Of a DNA stretch of 64,000 nucleotides, positions 12,518 through 23,600 are shown in pieces. This DNA comes from Paraspadella gotoi. Lineage: Eukaryota; Animalia; Chaetognatha. The DNA lies in contig CM119266.1 in assembly GCA_051294375.1 (NCBI GenBank), positions 21,829,875 through 21,893,874 on the forward strand, given 5' to 3'. The notes below the pieces were generated by a model. The model did no database searches, had not been told where the DNA came from, and saw only the letters and a list, made by a program, of their open reading frames with translations. Every line of letters begins with the position of its first letter. Within the stretch, counting starts at the first letter, position 1. The position numbers and the translations under genes were made by a program.

Positions 12518-13408
12518 ATGACTTCCATAGAGAGCATTAGCTCAACCTCAAGCAAGACCAAGGCTAGTGAAGTGGATGTTGTAGGCGAGCCTGCAATGTC
12601 CACCAGGAAATCGAAGAGAATTAAGAAGTCTAAGAGAGAGAAAGACAAAGAATTAAAACGGGAGATGAAGAAGGTTGAGAAGGATTGCAAGAAATTGCAA
12701 AAGACTCTGGGCAAATGGATGTTGGAGACGCAAACTGATTTGAAGAATCAAAAGCGACGACGAAAAAGGAAAAAGTCATCTTCTCCCGAAGAGAATCGCT
12801 CCTCATCCTTTCCGCCAACTCCGCTCTTTTGTTCAGATCTTTCCTTTTCGAGTCGGACTCAAGCGTCGCCAACCTCCGTCGAAAAACCCTCGTATCGTTG
12901 GGACGATCCGCACATCCACAAGTTTTTCCGTCCGTCGCTCAACTCGTCTCTCGACATCGAAACGGATCGATTGGACATCAAGCTCATCTGCCCTCTGGGA
13001 AAGATGCGAATCAAGCATCCGGTCCGCTCCTTAACCTGCGATCATATCCAACCCTTCGACCGCGACAACTTCGTCAAACTGGAAAAGGTCGCCGCGGGAA
13101 GGAACAAGAAAAGTTTCTGCCCGATTTGCAACCGCGAGATTTCCTCTCAGCAACTCGTCGAAGACTCTTTCTTCGTGGAGGTGCTGTTGCGGAGCGGGGA
13201 CGCCGACGAAGTCGTTGTTTACGCCGATGGACGTTGGCAGCCGATGTCCAAGGCGGAGAGAGAAAAAGCCACCGTTGAAGTTTTGGACGAAACGCGGGTC
13301 GACGACGACTCTGATCTCCTCGTCACTGACATCGTCAAACCCAAGAAAAACTCATTCTGTATAGATCTTACCGAGGACGACGACGATGATGACATCATCG
13401 GACTTTAA
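12518..13408 (+). CDS. Small SP-RING (zf-MIZ) zinc-finger protein, putative SUMO E3 ligase, intronless
   Basis: IKLICPLGKMRIKHPVRSLTCDHIQPFD...FCPICN matches the SP-RING pattern. It has a basic N-terminus and a C-terminal SIM-like motif (CIDLTEDDDDD). Confidence 0.8.
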   Translation: MTSIESISSTSSKTKASEVDVVGEPAMSTRKSKRIKKSKREKDKELKREMKKVEKDCKKLQKTLGKWMLETQTDLKNQKRRRKRKKSSSPEENRSSSFPPTPLFCSDLSFSSRTQASPTSVEKPSYRWDDPHIHKFFRPSLNSSLDIETDRLDIKLICPLGKMRIKHPVRSLTCDHIQPFDRDNFVKLEKVAAGRNKKSFCPICNREISSQQLVEDSFFVEVLLRSGDADEVVVYADGRWQPMSKAEREKATVEVLDETRVDDDSDLLVTDIVKPKKNSFCIDLTEDDDDDDIIGL

Positions 13409-13565
13409 ATTATCATTTGGTGTTTTCACATGGATCAATTTTATGTAGATTTTAGTATTGTGAATTCAAATATTTGGTCATTGTAAGGTGCCTTAAACCT
13501 TAAACTTCGCTATATTTTTAATAAAATGTTCATTGAATCATTGATTTTGTTTTGTTAAAGAAAAT

Positions 13566-14126
13566 ATGGAAAATAAAGTGTTAACTTTGGTGCTGTTGCG
13601 CGACTCTGAAGATCGAGTTCTCCTTGGAATGAAGAAACGCGGATTCGGCATTGGAAAGTGGAACGGTTTTGGTGGGAAGCTTCAAGCCGATGAAAGCATT
13701 GTTCAGTGTGCGTGCCGGGAAACTGAAGAAGAATGTGGCCTGAAGGTGAACCCGTAGCGACCCGATTTATTGAAATTTTTTTTTAAAAAGCCCCTTTATA
13801 GTTTTCTACTTTTTTGGACGTAAAAGTAGGTAAAAGAAGAAGACCTACGACAAATAGGTCTTTTGTTCTTCAAATTCGTCGACGACCCGCCGGTCCTCGA
13901 GGTGCACGTATTCGGAGGCGACGTCTTTGCCGGCGAGATTGTCGAGTCGGACGAGATGCTGCCCCAATGGTTTGACAAGGACGACATTCCCTTCGATCAA
14001 ATGTGGAAGGACGATCGTCTTTGGTTTCCGCTCATGTACGAGGGTAAACTTTTTCGCGGCAACTTTACCTTCGAAGGTCACGAAAAGATTCTCGATTACA
14101 CGTTGGAAGTCGTCGATGGATTTTGA
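13566..14126 (+). CDS. NUDT1: 8-oxo-dGTPase MTH1/NUDT1, 2 exons (13566-13745, 13830-14126)
   Basis: VLLGMKKRGFGIGKWNGFGGK, Nudix box CACRETEEECGL, and ESDEMLPQWF..IPFDQMWKDD..WFP. Confidence 0.93.
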
Positions 14127-14236
14127 CTCTTCCTTTTGTTATAGTTTTTGTTATTGTTTCAATTTTAAGACATTCCATCCTGTTTCTTTGGATATTCTCT
14201 TTCATTTTTTTCTCGTTGTCATTCGTTTTTTAGACG

Positions 14237-15604
14237 ATGGGGACATTGATTCGAGAGAAGCTATGGTTGGGCGGAGCGAGCGACGCTTATGATCTTAAAA
14301 AGCTCAAAGAGCAAGGAACGACCCACGTGCTCACTGTCGAGTTGTCGCCTCTAAGGGAGGTACAAAATGCTTAGTGTTTGGAATCTCTTTCTTGTTTTGT
14401 AATGAGTGTGAAATAAAATTCTACGTACATCAGGATCATCGTCAAGAGTTCGTTTACCTTTTCGTTAACGCCGAAGATTCGGCGGAAGAGAATCTCCTCG
14501 ATCGTTTCGACGAGTGTTTCGAGTTTATCGAGCAAGGACGCGCTCACAAGACTGGCGGCGTTCTCGTTCACTGTTTCATGGGGTATTCCCGCAGCGCCAC
14601 CGTAGTAATTAGTTATTTGATGCGCAAAGAGGGACTCTCACTTAAAGAGGCCATGGATTCGGTGATGCGGAAGAGAAGCGTCGGTCCCAATCCGGGATTC
14701 ATGCAGGTATTCATTATTCAATCATCGTCGAATTTATCGTCGTAGCGGTAGAAATGAAATATTGATATATATTTGTCACAGCAACTGAGAATGTTCGAAA
14801 AGATGGGTGCGAAGATAGATCAGAATCATCCCGACTACCGCTCGTTTTCCCTTGAAAAACTAACGGCCAAAGTTCGAGAAGTTAGTTTCGGCAGGAAGAA
14901 GGCGACTTCTTTTGCTGAGGAGGCGTCGATAACGGGTCCGGCTATGGACCGCGCCTTAGCCGCCGACCCCATGTTGACCGCTTTATCGAAGGACGATTCT
15001 TGCGGGAGTGACAACACGCTTTTTCGATGCAGGTCGACAAATAAAAACAAATAAATAAAAAAACAAATAACAAATAAAAACAAACCTTCAGTAATCAGTA
15101 TTGACGGTTTATGTAAATAAGTCAAAGAATTGTTCATTTTAGAAAATGTCGTCGTCCTCTCGCTCGCGCTTCATCCCTACTTCCTCATTCGTCTGGAAGA
15201 GGGAAGGCGTTCGGAGCATTATCACCTGCCTTGCATCGATCTGTCAATGGTCGCGACGACGAAGCCGTTATATGCTTGGAGGGATATTTTTTTGAACCGG
15301 TCGAGTGGATGCGCGATCAGATTCTCTTTCTCGAAGGTCTTTGCAAATTTCATTTTCCACGGTAACGTCTGATAATTCACGCTCGGAACATAATATTTTC
15401 ATTTCGTTAGGCAAATTACAATGCCCTAAAGAATCCTGCCAAGCTAAACTTGGAAATTTTAACTGGGTGGGTCAGCCGTGTCCGTGTGGTCACTGGGTCG
15501 TACCAGCATTTCATCTGTCAGCCGGTAAAGTCGATGCTCCACCTAAAGCTAGTCTCAACTCGTTCGCTGCCTTAGCAAGCGTTTTCAATGCTCAAGACGT
15601 TTGA
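14237..15604 (+). CDS. DUSP12: Dual-specificity phosphatase 12 (YVH1-like), about 5 exons
   Basis: First exon 14237-14359 (MGTLIREKLWLGG..THVLTV), catalytic loop VHCFMGYSRS and PNPGFMQQL. The C-terminal zinc-binding domain reads CRKCRR...GKLQCPKESCQAKLGNFNWVGQPCPCGHWVVPAFHL. Confidence 0.9.
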
Positions 15605-15751
15605 TATTTTTACAAGATTTGTAAAATTTAACCTGTCTCGCGAGATGCTTATTTTTAAATGTTTGTTTTAAATTTAAGATTTATTCCTTTATTATTTCAC
15701 AGTGAAAAATATTTTTTGAAAGAGATTGAGCTGAAATAAGCGAGAACTGCC

Positions 15752-18700
15752 ATGTCCTTGTTAATCCCCACCGCCAGTCATCCATCCGCGATGAGTGCGG
15801 GGGTTGCTGCGACCTATCCTCCGCCACATAATGCTCAACAACAACAACAACAACATCTTAGTCCTTTAGATAAATTGCGGTTGGCCCTTAGCCAAAGGTC
15901 TCTCCATCAAAGATGCATTGAAGTACTAAACGTTCTGAACGCCGCCGCCAAATCAGACTTGCCCCTCTTGGTGCGCGTCGTCGTCGACGCCGTTTTCGGC
16001 AACACTACCGGCGTCGCTTGGGAATTGCGCACTTTATTCAAAACACCCGAGGTTTCGCAGGATTTCAACACCCTATATCAGTTCTTGTCTCCGGAGGGTC
16101 CTTTCCTGACGATACTCTACAAACTGACGATGGAACCGGGAGCCACGTTTGACTTTCCTGTTGCGTTTTTGCCTTCGCCATCGCGAAAATTGATTCAGGC
16201 GGGTAGCCCGCCACCATTGTTCCTTAACAAGGTCAAGCTACCCATCACGACTCAAGGTAATAACTGGTTTAAAGGTTAAATGGTTATTGACCAGTGATCA
16301 CTGATCAGTTATGGTGTTCTTTTTGTTACAGGTTCCCCTTTGTCCAACATAGCTATTCCCGCCGTTTCTCCGTCCCAGTTGAACCTAAACGCGTTGGAAT
16401 ATTACTTTTATAACTTTGCCTTGTTCATGGTGAATCCGTGCCACACGAGAGTCTGTCAAGCTGTTTTGAATGGTTACGATTTCATTTACGCTCACGTTTT
16501 CGAGCAGTACTTGCAGGTAGGTAGGGAAAATGGCGTCTTGGACATTGGACAAAGAACCCAACAAGCTCCGCTCTACGTTGAATTATTGATCTCGATCCAG
16601 GTCTTTCTTCCGTCGACCGTCGAAGGAGAAAACCTCTTGACTCCTCTGTCTTCCTTTGCGTCGCCCGGCAGCTGGCCCACGCCGACGACAACCGCCTCAT
16701 CGACACGCGGCGCCACCAACGTCACGTCGCCTTTCAAAAGTGGAATCCTTCGGGCCAATTTGTGCGGGAGCCCCGTCGCCGCAAGTGAATACTTGGCTTT
16801 TGATATTATTTGTTTCTGTCTCACTTCTTTTAACACTAATGACAGATTCCTCGTTATCGATGAACTTCGGTTCGATCGGGACTGACGGGGACTTAAGCGG
16901 CCTCTTTCGTCGAAGCTGGAGATCCGAAACGTTCTTGTCTGTTCTTGTCGAGTTTTGGTACGTGCGGTGTTTTTTTTAACATTTTAATTTTTTCTTCATT
17001 TAGTTATTCTTTGAAAGGGTCGCGGAGACATTTTGCCTCTGGATAAAGACGGATGATGTCTTTTGACTGGCATTTTCTTTTGATTTTCAGGTTGAACCAG
17101 AACGAAATTGACGTAATCGAATATTCTGATCCTTTAAGCACCACTGGACAAGTGTTTGTTCCTTGGTAAGTATGTTTAATTTATTTTTACTTCATTTTAC
17201 CTCGATGGAGAATAGTTTTTAATTGACATTCTGTAGTCAAGACTTGGTACGATTTGTCCGTCTATTGGTGAAGCAAGTTCATTATTTCGCCAACATTTCG
17301 AGAAATCAGCCGCCGCAGCCTCCTCATTACCAAAGCCCAGGCAGTTCTAATCAGGTAAATAAAATGATTAAAAAGAAATCTTTTTTGTTCATTAATCTAT
17401 AAGTATAACCATTAACCACCTTTTAATTTTTCAGATTGACAATTCGATGATCGAATTAAGGAACGCTGCCGTCCCAGTTTTCCTTCGCAAACGTATTTAC
17501 GCATTTCTTCGACACGGCTTTGAAAAGTGGCCCTTAGATCAAGGTTTTCGGATGATGTTGGAAACCTGGCTCAGTTACATACAACCATGGCGGTATGTTT
17601 TCATTGCGTTGCGGTTCTCTCCTCTTTATTAGCCGCCTGGACAACTATGTACATAAAATTCGTTGATTAGTTACGTGGACGCTTCTCAAGCCGAGCGGGA
17701 AGAAGAGCGAACCGTCGCCGTGGCCGAGGAGTGGCTGACCGGTGGATTTATTCGAGACAATCTTCTACACTATGTCGTCCCGTTTCAAGATTTTCTCAAA
17801 CGGCTTTTTCGGATGGATCTTAGCTCACCAAAGAACGCCTACATGCTATTTCGCGTGTGCAAAGTTTTCAACCAAACTTGGTGGGTAACAATCTGTAATA
17901 GGTTTCTACAATATTTTCAGTCACTATGTCAACCTCGGGAGTGATAATTTTACAGTCTGAAGGAATATTTGGTGACCGTCGAAAAAAACGTGACAACGGG
18001 CGTGCATGTCAATCGCAATGCACTTCAGGATTCTTATCTCGACGGCGCCAGCTTTCTTTCTCCGTCCAACGCTTATGTCAACGGTTTCGCCGGACAAATC
18101 GCCGAACTCGAAAGGCACGACTTCAAGTTTAAGGTCAGTCATGCTTTGGGATTATCTAAGCGCCGGTGATAGAGATAAAATTTCCCCAAGCAGCCGCTGT
18201 TTGGGAACGAAGTCGCCAGCAGCATTGAACAACTTCTTCAAGTGATCCTTCAAGCTTTGGGAACAACGAAATCCTTACTTCCTCCCGAACCCAAGCAGAC
18301 CGTAGACGACGGCAACGTTTTTCTCACCTCTTTGGCGTCAGTTTTTAGTATCTTTCAGATTAATGGAGGTGATTGCGTCAAAAAATTACTCAACAGTTAT
18401 AGACAGCTTGTGTCACAAGCATTTATTTTTCGCTTCTCTTTTTTGCAGATCGCGCTTTAACCGACGACATGACAGTTGCCGACATCCGTCGTATGGAGAT
18501 TCATTTGCGGCAAAGCATTGACTTTCTAATGACCATTTTCCAAGTTGACATTCCACTCAACGGCTCGCTCTCTTCTTCGTTGTCACCCGGCGATTCCTCG
18601 CAAGACCAAACTTTAACTCACTCGGGAATGCGCAACTTCGGTCCCAACGAACCGGGTATGGAAAAAGGGATTTACATTCCTCTTTTGTTTCTTAGCTTTC

Positions 18701-19229
18701 TGATAATATCAGTGATATTTTTCACGTTTTAGACAACGTCAATGGGGTTCTCACCGATCTCGGCCGTTGGCAACTACGCAACGGCCTTAAACGCTTTCAA
18801 ACGTTGGGTTATCGCGGCGACCCAGACCTTCACCCGATCCGCGGCTACGAGGTGGCACCGCTCGTCCGTCTCCTCTACCGCCTCTCTTGCGCCATCAACG
18901 ATCGATACTCCGCTCGTTTCGAGGCCGCCTACAGTCGAAACGATGTCGTGGGCAAAGTGGCACGCCAATTTCTCGTCGCTCCGGTCGTGGAGCCGGACAA
19001 GAGCTCTCCACTCTCCGCCAAATTCCGAGCCTGCGTCAACGAATATTCGCGGAGACCGCGCGTTTCGCTGAGGTTTCTCGCCGACAAGACAACGCTGGGT
19101 TGGTCGGGTCTCGCGCTGCTGCTCTGCCCGGGATTTGGCGTCGGGAGAATACAACTGTTTTTATTCCTCGCCGTCACGTGGTTTTTCTTCGGGATCTTGA
19201 TGGCGCTGATCAAGCCGAAAACGGCCTGA
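15752..19229 (+). CDS. SMPD4: Sphingomyelin phosphodiesterase 4 (nSMase3)-like, many short exons
   Basis: FLSPEGP, LNALEYYFYNFA, WRSETFLSVLVEFW, KWPLD..FR..LETWLSYIQPWR and YRGDPDLHPIRGYEVAPLVRLL, plus a C-terminal transmembrane segment. Confidence 0.88.
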
Positions 19230-19335
19230 TTTGTTAGTTATTTTCTGTGATATCGCGGATATTTTTTAGCTTTCTCTTTTTATAGCAGGAAAATATTTTG
19301 TAAGAAAAAAAACAAAATTGAAATAAATTGCGGCG

Positions 19336-20453
19336 ATGTCGCAACTGAGGAAATTTCGCTTGGGCCTCGTTCAACTCGCCGTTGGAGTCAATAAGTCGGA
19401 AAATCTTTCTCGAGCTGTCTCTATGGTGAAGAAGGCTGCCAGCGATGGCGCCGAGGTAGTCTGTCTTCCCGAGTGTTTCAACTCGCCCTATGGGACGCAA
19501 TACTTCGCAGAATACGCAGAAGACTTGAATTCGGGTGATTATGAATTCCATTTCTTTCTGAAATAATCTTTTCAGTAAGAAGTTCTCTTAACCATTGAGA
19601 ATTTCCAATGTTTTTTGTCGTTAGACAAATGCTTGTTACGCATTGGCAGGAACATCGCCGAGTATGGACGCTCTGTCAACTTGCGCCAAAGAAAATAAGA
19701 TTCACTTAATTGGCGGCTCAATTCCTGAGCGCGAAAATGACAAACTTTTTAACACGTCACTCGTTTTCAACTCAAGTGGCGAATTAGTAGCTAAGCACAG
19801 AAAGGTAATTTATGTTTAATTATTTATATAATTATATATATTCTTAGAAAGGAAAGTGATTTACGATTAGACCCAACCGAGTTTTGTCGTTCAGGTTCAT
19901 CTATTTGACATCGATGTACCTGGTAAAATTAGGTTCAAAGAAAGCGAGGTTCTTTCTCCCGGAAATTCGCTTACCAGCTTCGCTACCGAGAAATGTCGAA
20001 TCGGCGTGGGAATTTGCTACGACATTCGCTTCGCCGAAATGGGGCTCGCCTATCGCGATATGGGGTGTAGTCTTTTATTGGTTAGTACGAAGATGGTTCT
20101 TTTTAAATTGTCTTCAAAATTTTAACTTTAATTTTGGTATATGTATTCAGTACCCAGGTGCATTTAACATGACAACGGGTCCCGTCCATTGGGAGGCTTT
20201 GACCCGATCTCGCGCCCTGGACAATCAAGTTTACGTAGCCTGCGTTTCTCCGGCGCGCGACGAGACGGCGAGTTACGTTGCATGGGGTCACAGCACCGTC
20301 ATAGATCCCTGGGGCGAAGTCATAGCGACGACGCAGGAGAAAGAGGACTTAATATTCGCCGAAATCGACTTGGATCGTTTGCGGGCCGTCAGAGATCAAG
20401 TTCCCATTACTAAGCAAAGGAGAAATGATTTGTACCAACTGACTTATAAGTAG
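19336..20453 (+). CDS. NIT2: Omega-amidase NIT2 (nitrilase family), 4 exons
   Basis: [14 protein letters not shown]|[38 protein letters not shown]. Confidence 0.92.
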
Positions 20454-20646
20454 TTTAAAAATAATTCGTTCAATCTTTCTCTCCTTCATTTATTGGTTTT
20501 TACCAAAATGAATGATCTTGACTGTGATATCAAAGAAATACGTTTACTTTTAATCATGTTAAAAAATTAGTTTACGACTCTACTTGTTGGTTTTCAGTTT
20601 CCATTATTTCAAAATGTGAGTTAGTAGTAACCTTTCATAAATAGAC

Positions 20647-23600
20647 ATGGATGAAGAGGAAAAGAACGTAGAAGAAAAACTAACCCCCCCACAGTCTGAT
20701 ACCGATGTCTGCGAGCCTTCCAACGAGGAGAGCCAGGCGACCATTGACGAGCCTGTTTCCACCTCAGCCGACGGAGCGTTCGGAGAGACGGACACCGTCG
20801 ACGATTTTGTCGAGAGTCTCATCAAAGGGACGCAACTAGTGATAACCGAAGAAGAAGATGGGAAGGAACCGGAAGCGGAACCGGAAGGGGAACTGGAAGG
20901 AGATTCCTCTTCAAGTAACATTCGAAAAAACGAGTTAAATCCCGAGTCCGAAACCGTAAAAGAAGAAAAAACGGAGGAAGTCTTTGAAAAAATAGAGTCT
21001 ATGGATTCCCCTGACTCTCCCATTGAAGAAAAACAAGATTCGGACGAATTGACGCGTCAAGATTCTTGCGAAGGCGCCGATCAAGATTCGGTAGAAGACA
21101 GAAATGAGGAAGACGTCGCCGGACAAAACAAATTAGCCAATTTCCTCTTCGGCAACGTAGACGCGGAAGGGAACTTGGAGAACGATTGCTTCGACGCCGA
21201 CGAAAAAAAGTCATTGGAGAACCTGTGCTCGCTTGGCATCGGCCGCTTCGTCAAGGAATTGGACGAGAACGAAACGGGCGAAAGCGCGGGCGATGTCGGC
21301 GACGACGCGGGAGTGGAACCGAAGAGCCCTTCCGCACAAGACTTCTCGGATATCACGGAAGTCGTGGAAACGACGCCCGAAGAGGAGGAAGAGTTTCGCA
21401 AGAAATTCGTAGTATTAAAGCCTCCGATCGAGAAGTCTCCCTCGCCCGCTGAAGGGGGCGAAGACAACGATTATGACGCTGACGACGAAACGACGAACGA
21501 AGATGAGGACGTTGGTGGCGACGACGACAAGAAGGTCGAGTCGGGTGAGAAGGAAACGAAAGACGCTCCTTCTCAAGACAGTGACGGCGGTAAAAGACTT
21601 TTGGACGCTACTCTGATGCCTCCGCCATCTTGGATTCCCAAAAAGGAAGAGTTGGAGAAAAAGAGCGAAAAAGAAAAGTCGCCGGAAATGCCCATAAATT
21701 ACAAACCTTTGGCGAGCATGCTCCCAGGTTAAATTAAGTTTTTTTTATTTTTTTACTGCAGATTGAGCAGAGTAGAATATTTTGTTTTAAACTTTAAAGT
21801 GATTATGATCATACAAGAAATATGATAAATTACTACTATAACAAAAATGGAATCATATTCATAGTATTGAATTTTTAATATTTATACATATTATTGTTCC
21901 CTTCTCATATTTCAGAGCATCTTCTGGGCATCCGGGCGGAAGACCTATTTCCCGAATTCCAAGAGGGCGCCATTCTTCGCTTCGGTCGCCTTTTTAAACC
22001 CGTTCACAAGCCATCCATCTGGAGCGGCGCTCGAAATTATCGCAAACGCACCAAGAAAAAAGAGGGCGGAGAAGACGCTGTCACGGAGGAGGGGACGGGA
22101 GATGAAGAGGACGATCCTTTCGCCTGGTGCAACGTTAAGCTGGATTTTCCCGAAGCCCGGCCCGAGGACGTTGGTCCCGACCAGATGGACGAGTTCTGCA
22201 AACCTATGGTCTACGAACCCAGCGCGTCTGACGCAGATGGAGGCGACGTAGAGGCTAATGGTGACGTGGCGCCCTGGCGTTTCGGACCCGCTCAATATTG
22301 GTACGATCAGCTAAGCATGGGCGACACCGAATCCGATTACAATGGCACCCTTCGCGCTCTGCGGAGTCTGGAAAAAGCCGACGCTGGGGATGACCAAGAG
22401 GGCAAGCCATCCAAAGAAGCAGGCAATGCTGTACCAAGTTCGAATTTTGTCGATCCTCCGGCGTCAACCTCAGCCGCCGATTTAGATTATCCTGCCGCCG
22501 CCTACCATCTCATCACTCAGCTGCAGTGGGAAGACGACATTATCTGGAATGGCGAAGAGTATCGAACGAAACTGCATCAAAATCGTCATCGCCAGGCCGC
22601 CGCCGGTTGGGTCCCTTCTAGCACTAACCGGACGGCGTCGCAGTTTGTTCAACAAGGCGGCAAATCCGGGCCAGGTGGTGTAAACGTCAAACTTAGCAGC
22701 GCCACCAAGCAGGCGTTATCGGCGTTGTCTAAAGTAGGCGGTGAGAAAATTGATTCGCGCAAAGGAGGCGAGGGGGCTGACGGGCGGTGGTACTCTATCT
22801 TTCCTGTCGACAACGAAGAGCTCGTACTTGGCGACTGGGAATCGAAAATCATTTGGGACGCGGACGACGTGTCGCGGATCTCTCCTCCGTCACTACTGAC
22901 TCTCGACCCTAATGATGAGAATATCATAATTGGGATGCCAGAGGACGTCAAGGAGACCGACAAGGATGGCCAGGGAGCGGAGATCTCTCGCCACACGGGC
23001 CGTCGGGGTCGCGAAAAACCCGACCGCACGCGGACGCAGGCATTGATCGGCAAGACTCTGGAGAAGACGCGGGAGGAGGCCGAGGCCGACGTCGAAAAGA
23101 ATAAGCTGCTCAATAAGAGTGGAAAGAATCCATGGAACATCTCCAACGACGAGTTTTACAACCCTAAACAGAGTAATTCCACCCTTTATGGCGCCATGGG
23201 ACACGGAACCTGTTTGCAGCATTCCACTCCGAGCGTTGAGTTACGCCAACCTTATTTTCCCACGAAAATGAGCGTGGCGCAGTTGCGCAACTTCCATCGT
23301 CCACCCTTGAAAAAGTACTCTCATGGCGTCATGTCGCAATACGTCTGGCATCCGGTGCAGTCGCTTCACAAAACCGTAAGAAAGAAGGCCAAGCAACGAG
23401 AGCAAGACCGTCTAGCTTCCGGCGGCGGCGAAATGTTCTTTATGCGGAAACCGGAGGATTTAACAGGAAAAGACGGTACCATAGTTCTCTCTGAATACTG
23501 CGAGGAATTCCCCGCGATTCTTAATCAAGTGGGAATGGCTGTAAAGATTAAAAACTTTTACAAACGGAAGCCTGGCAAGGACGCCGGCGCACCCACTTTG

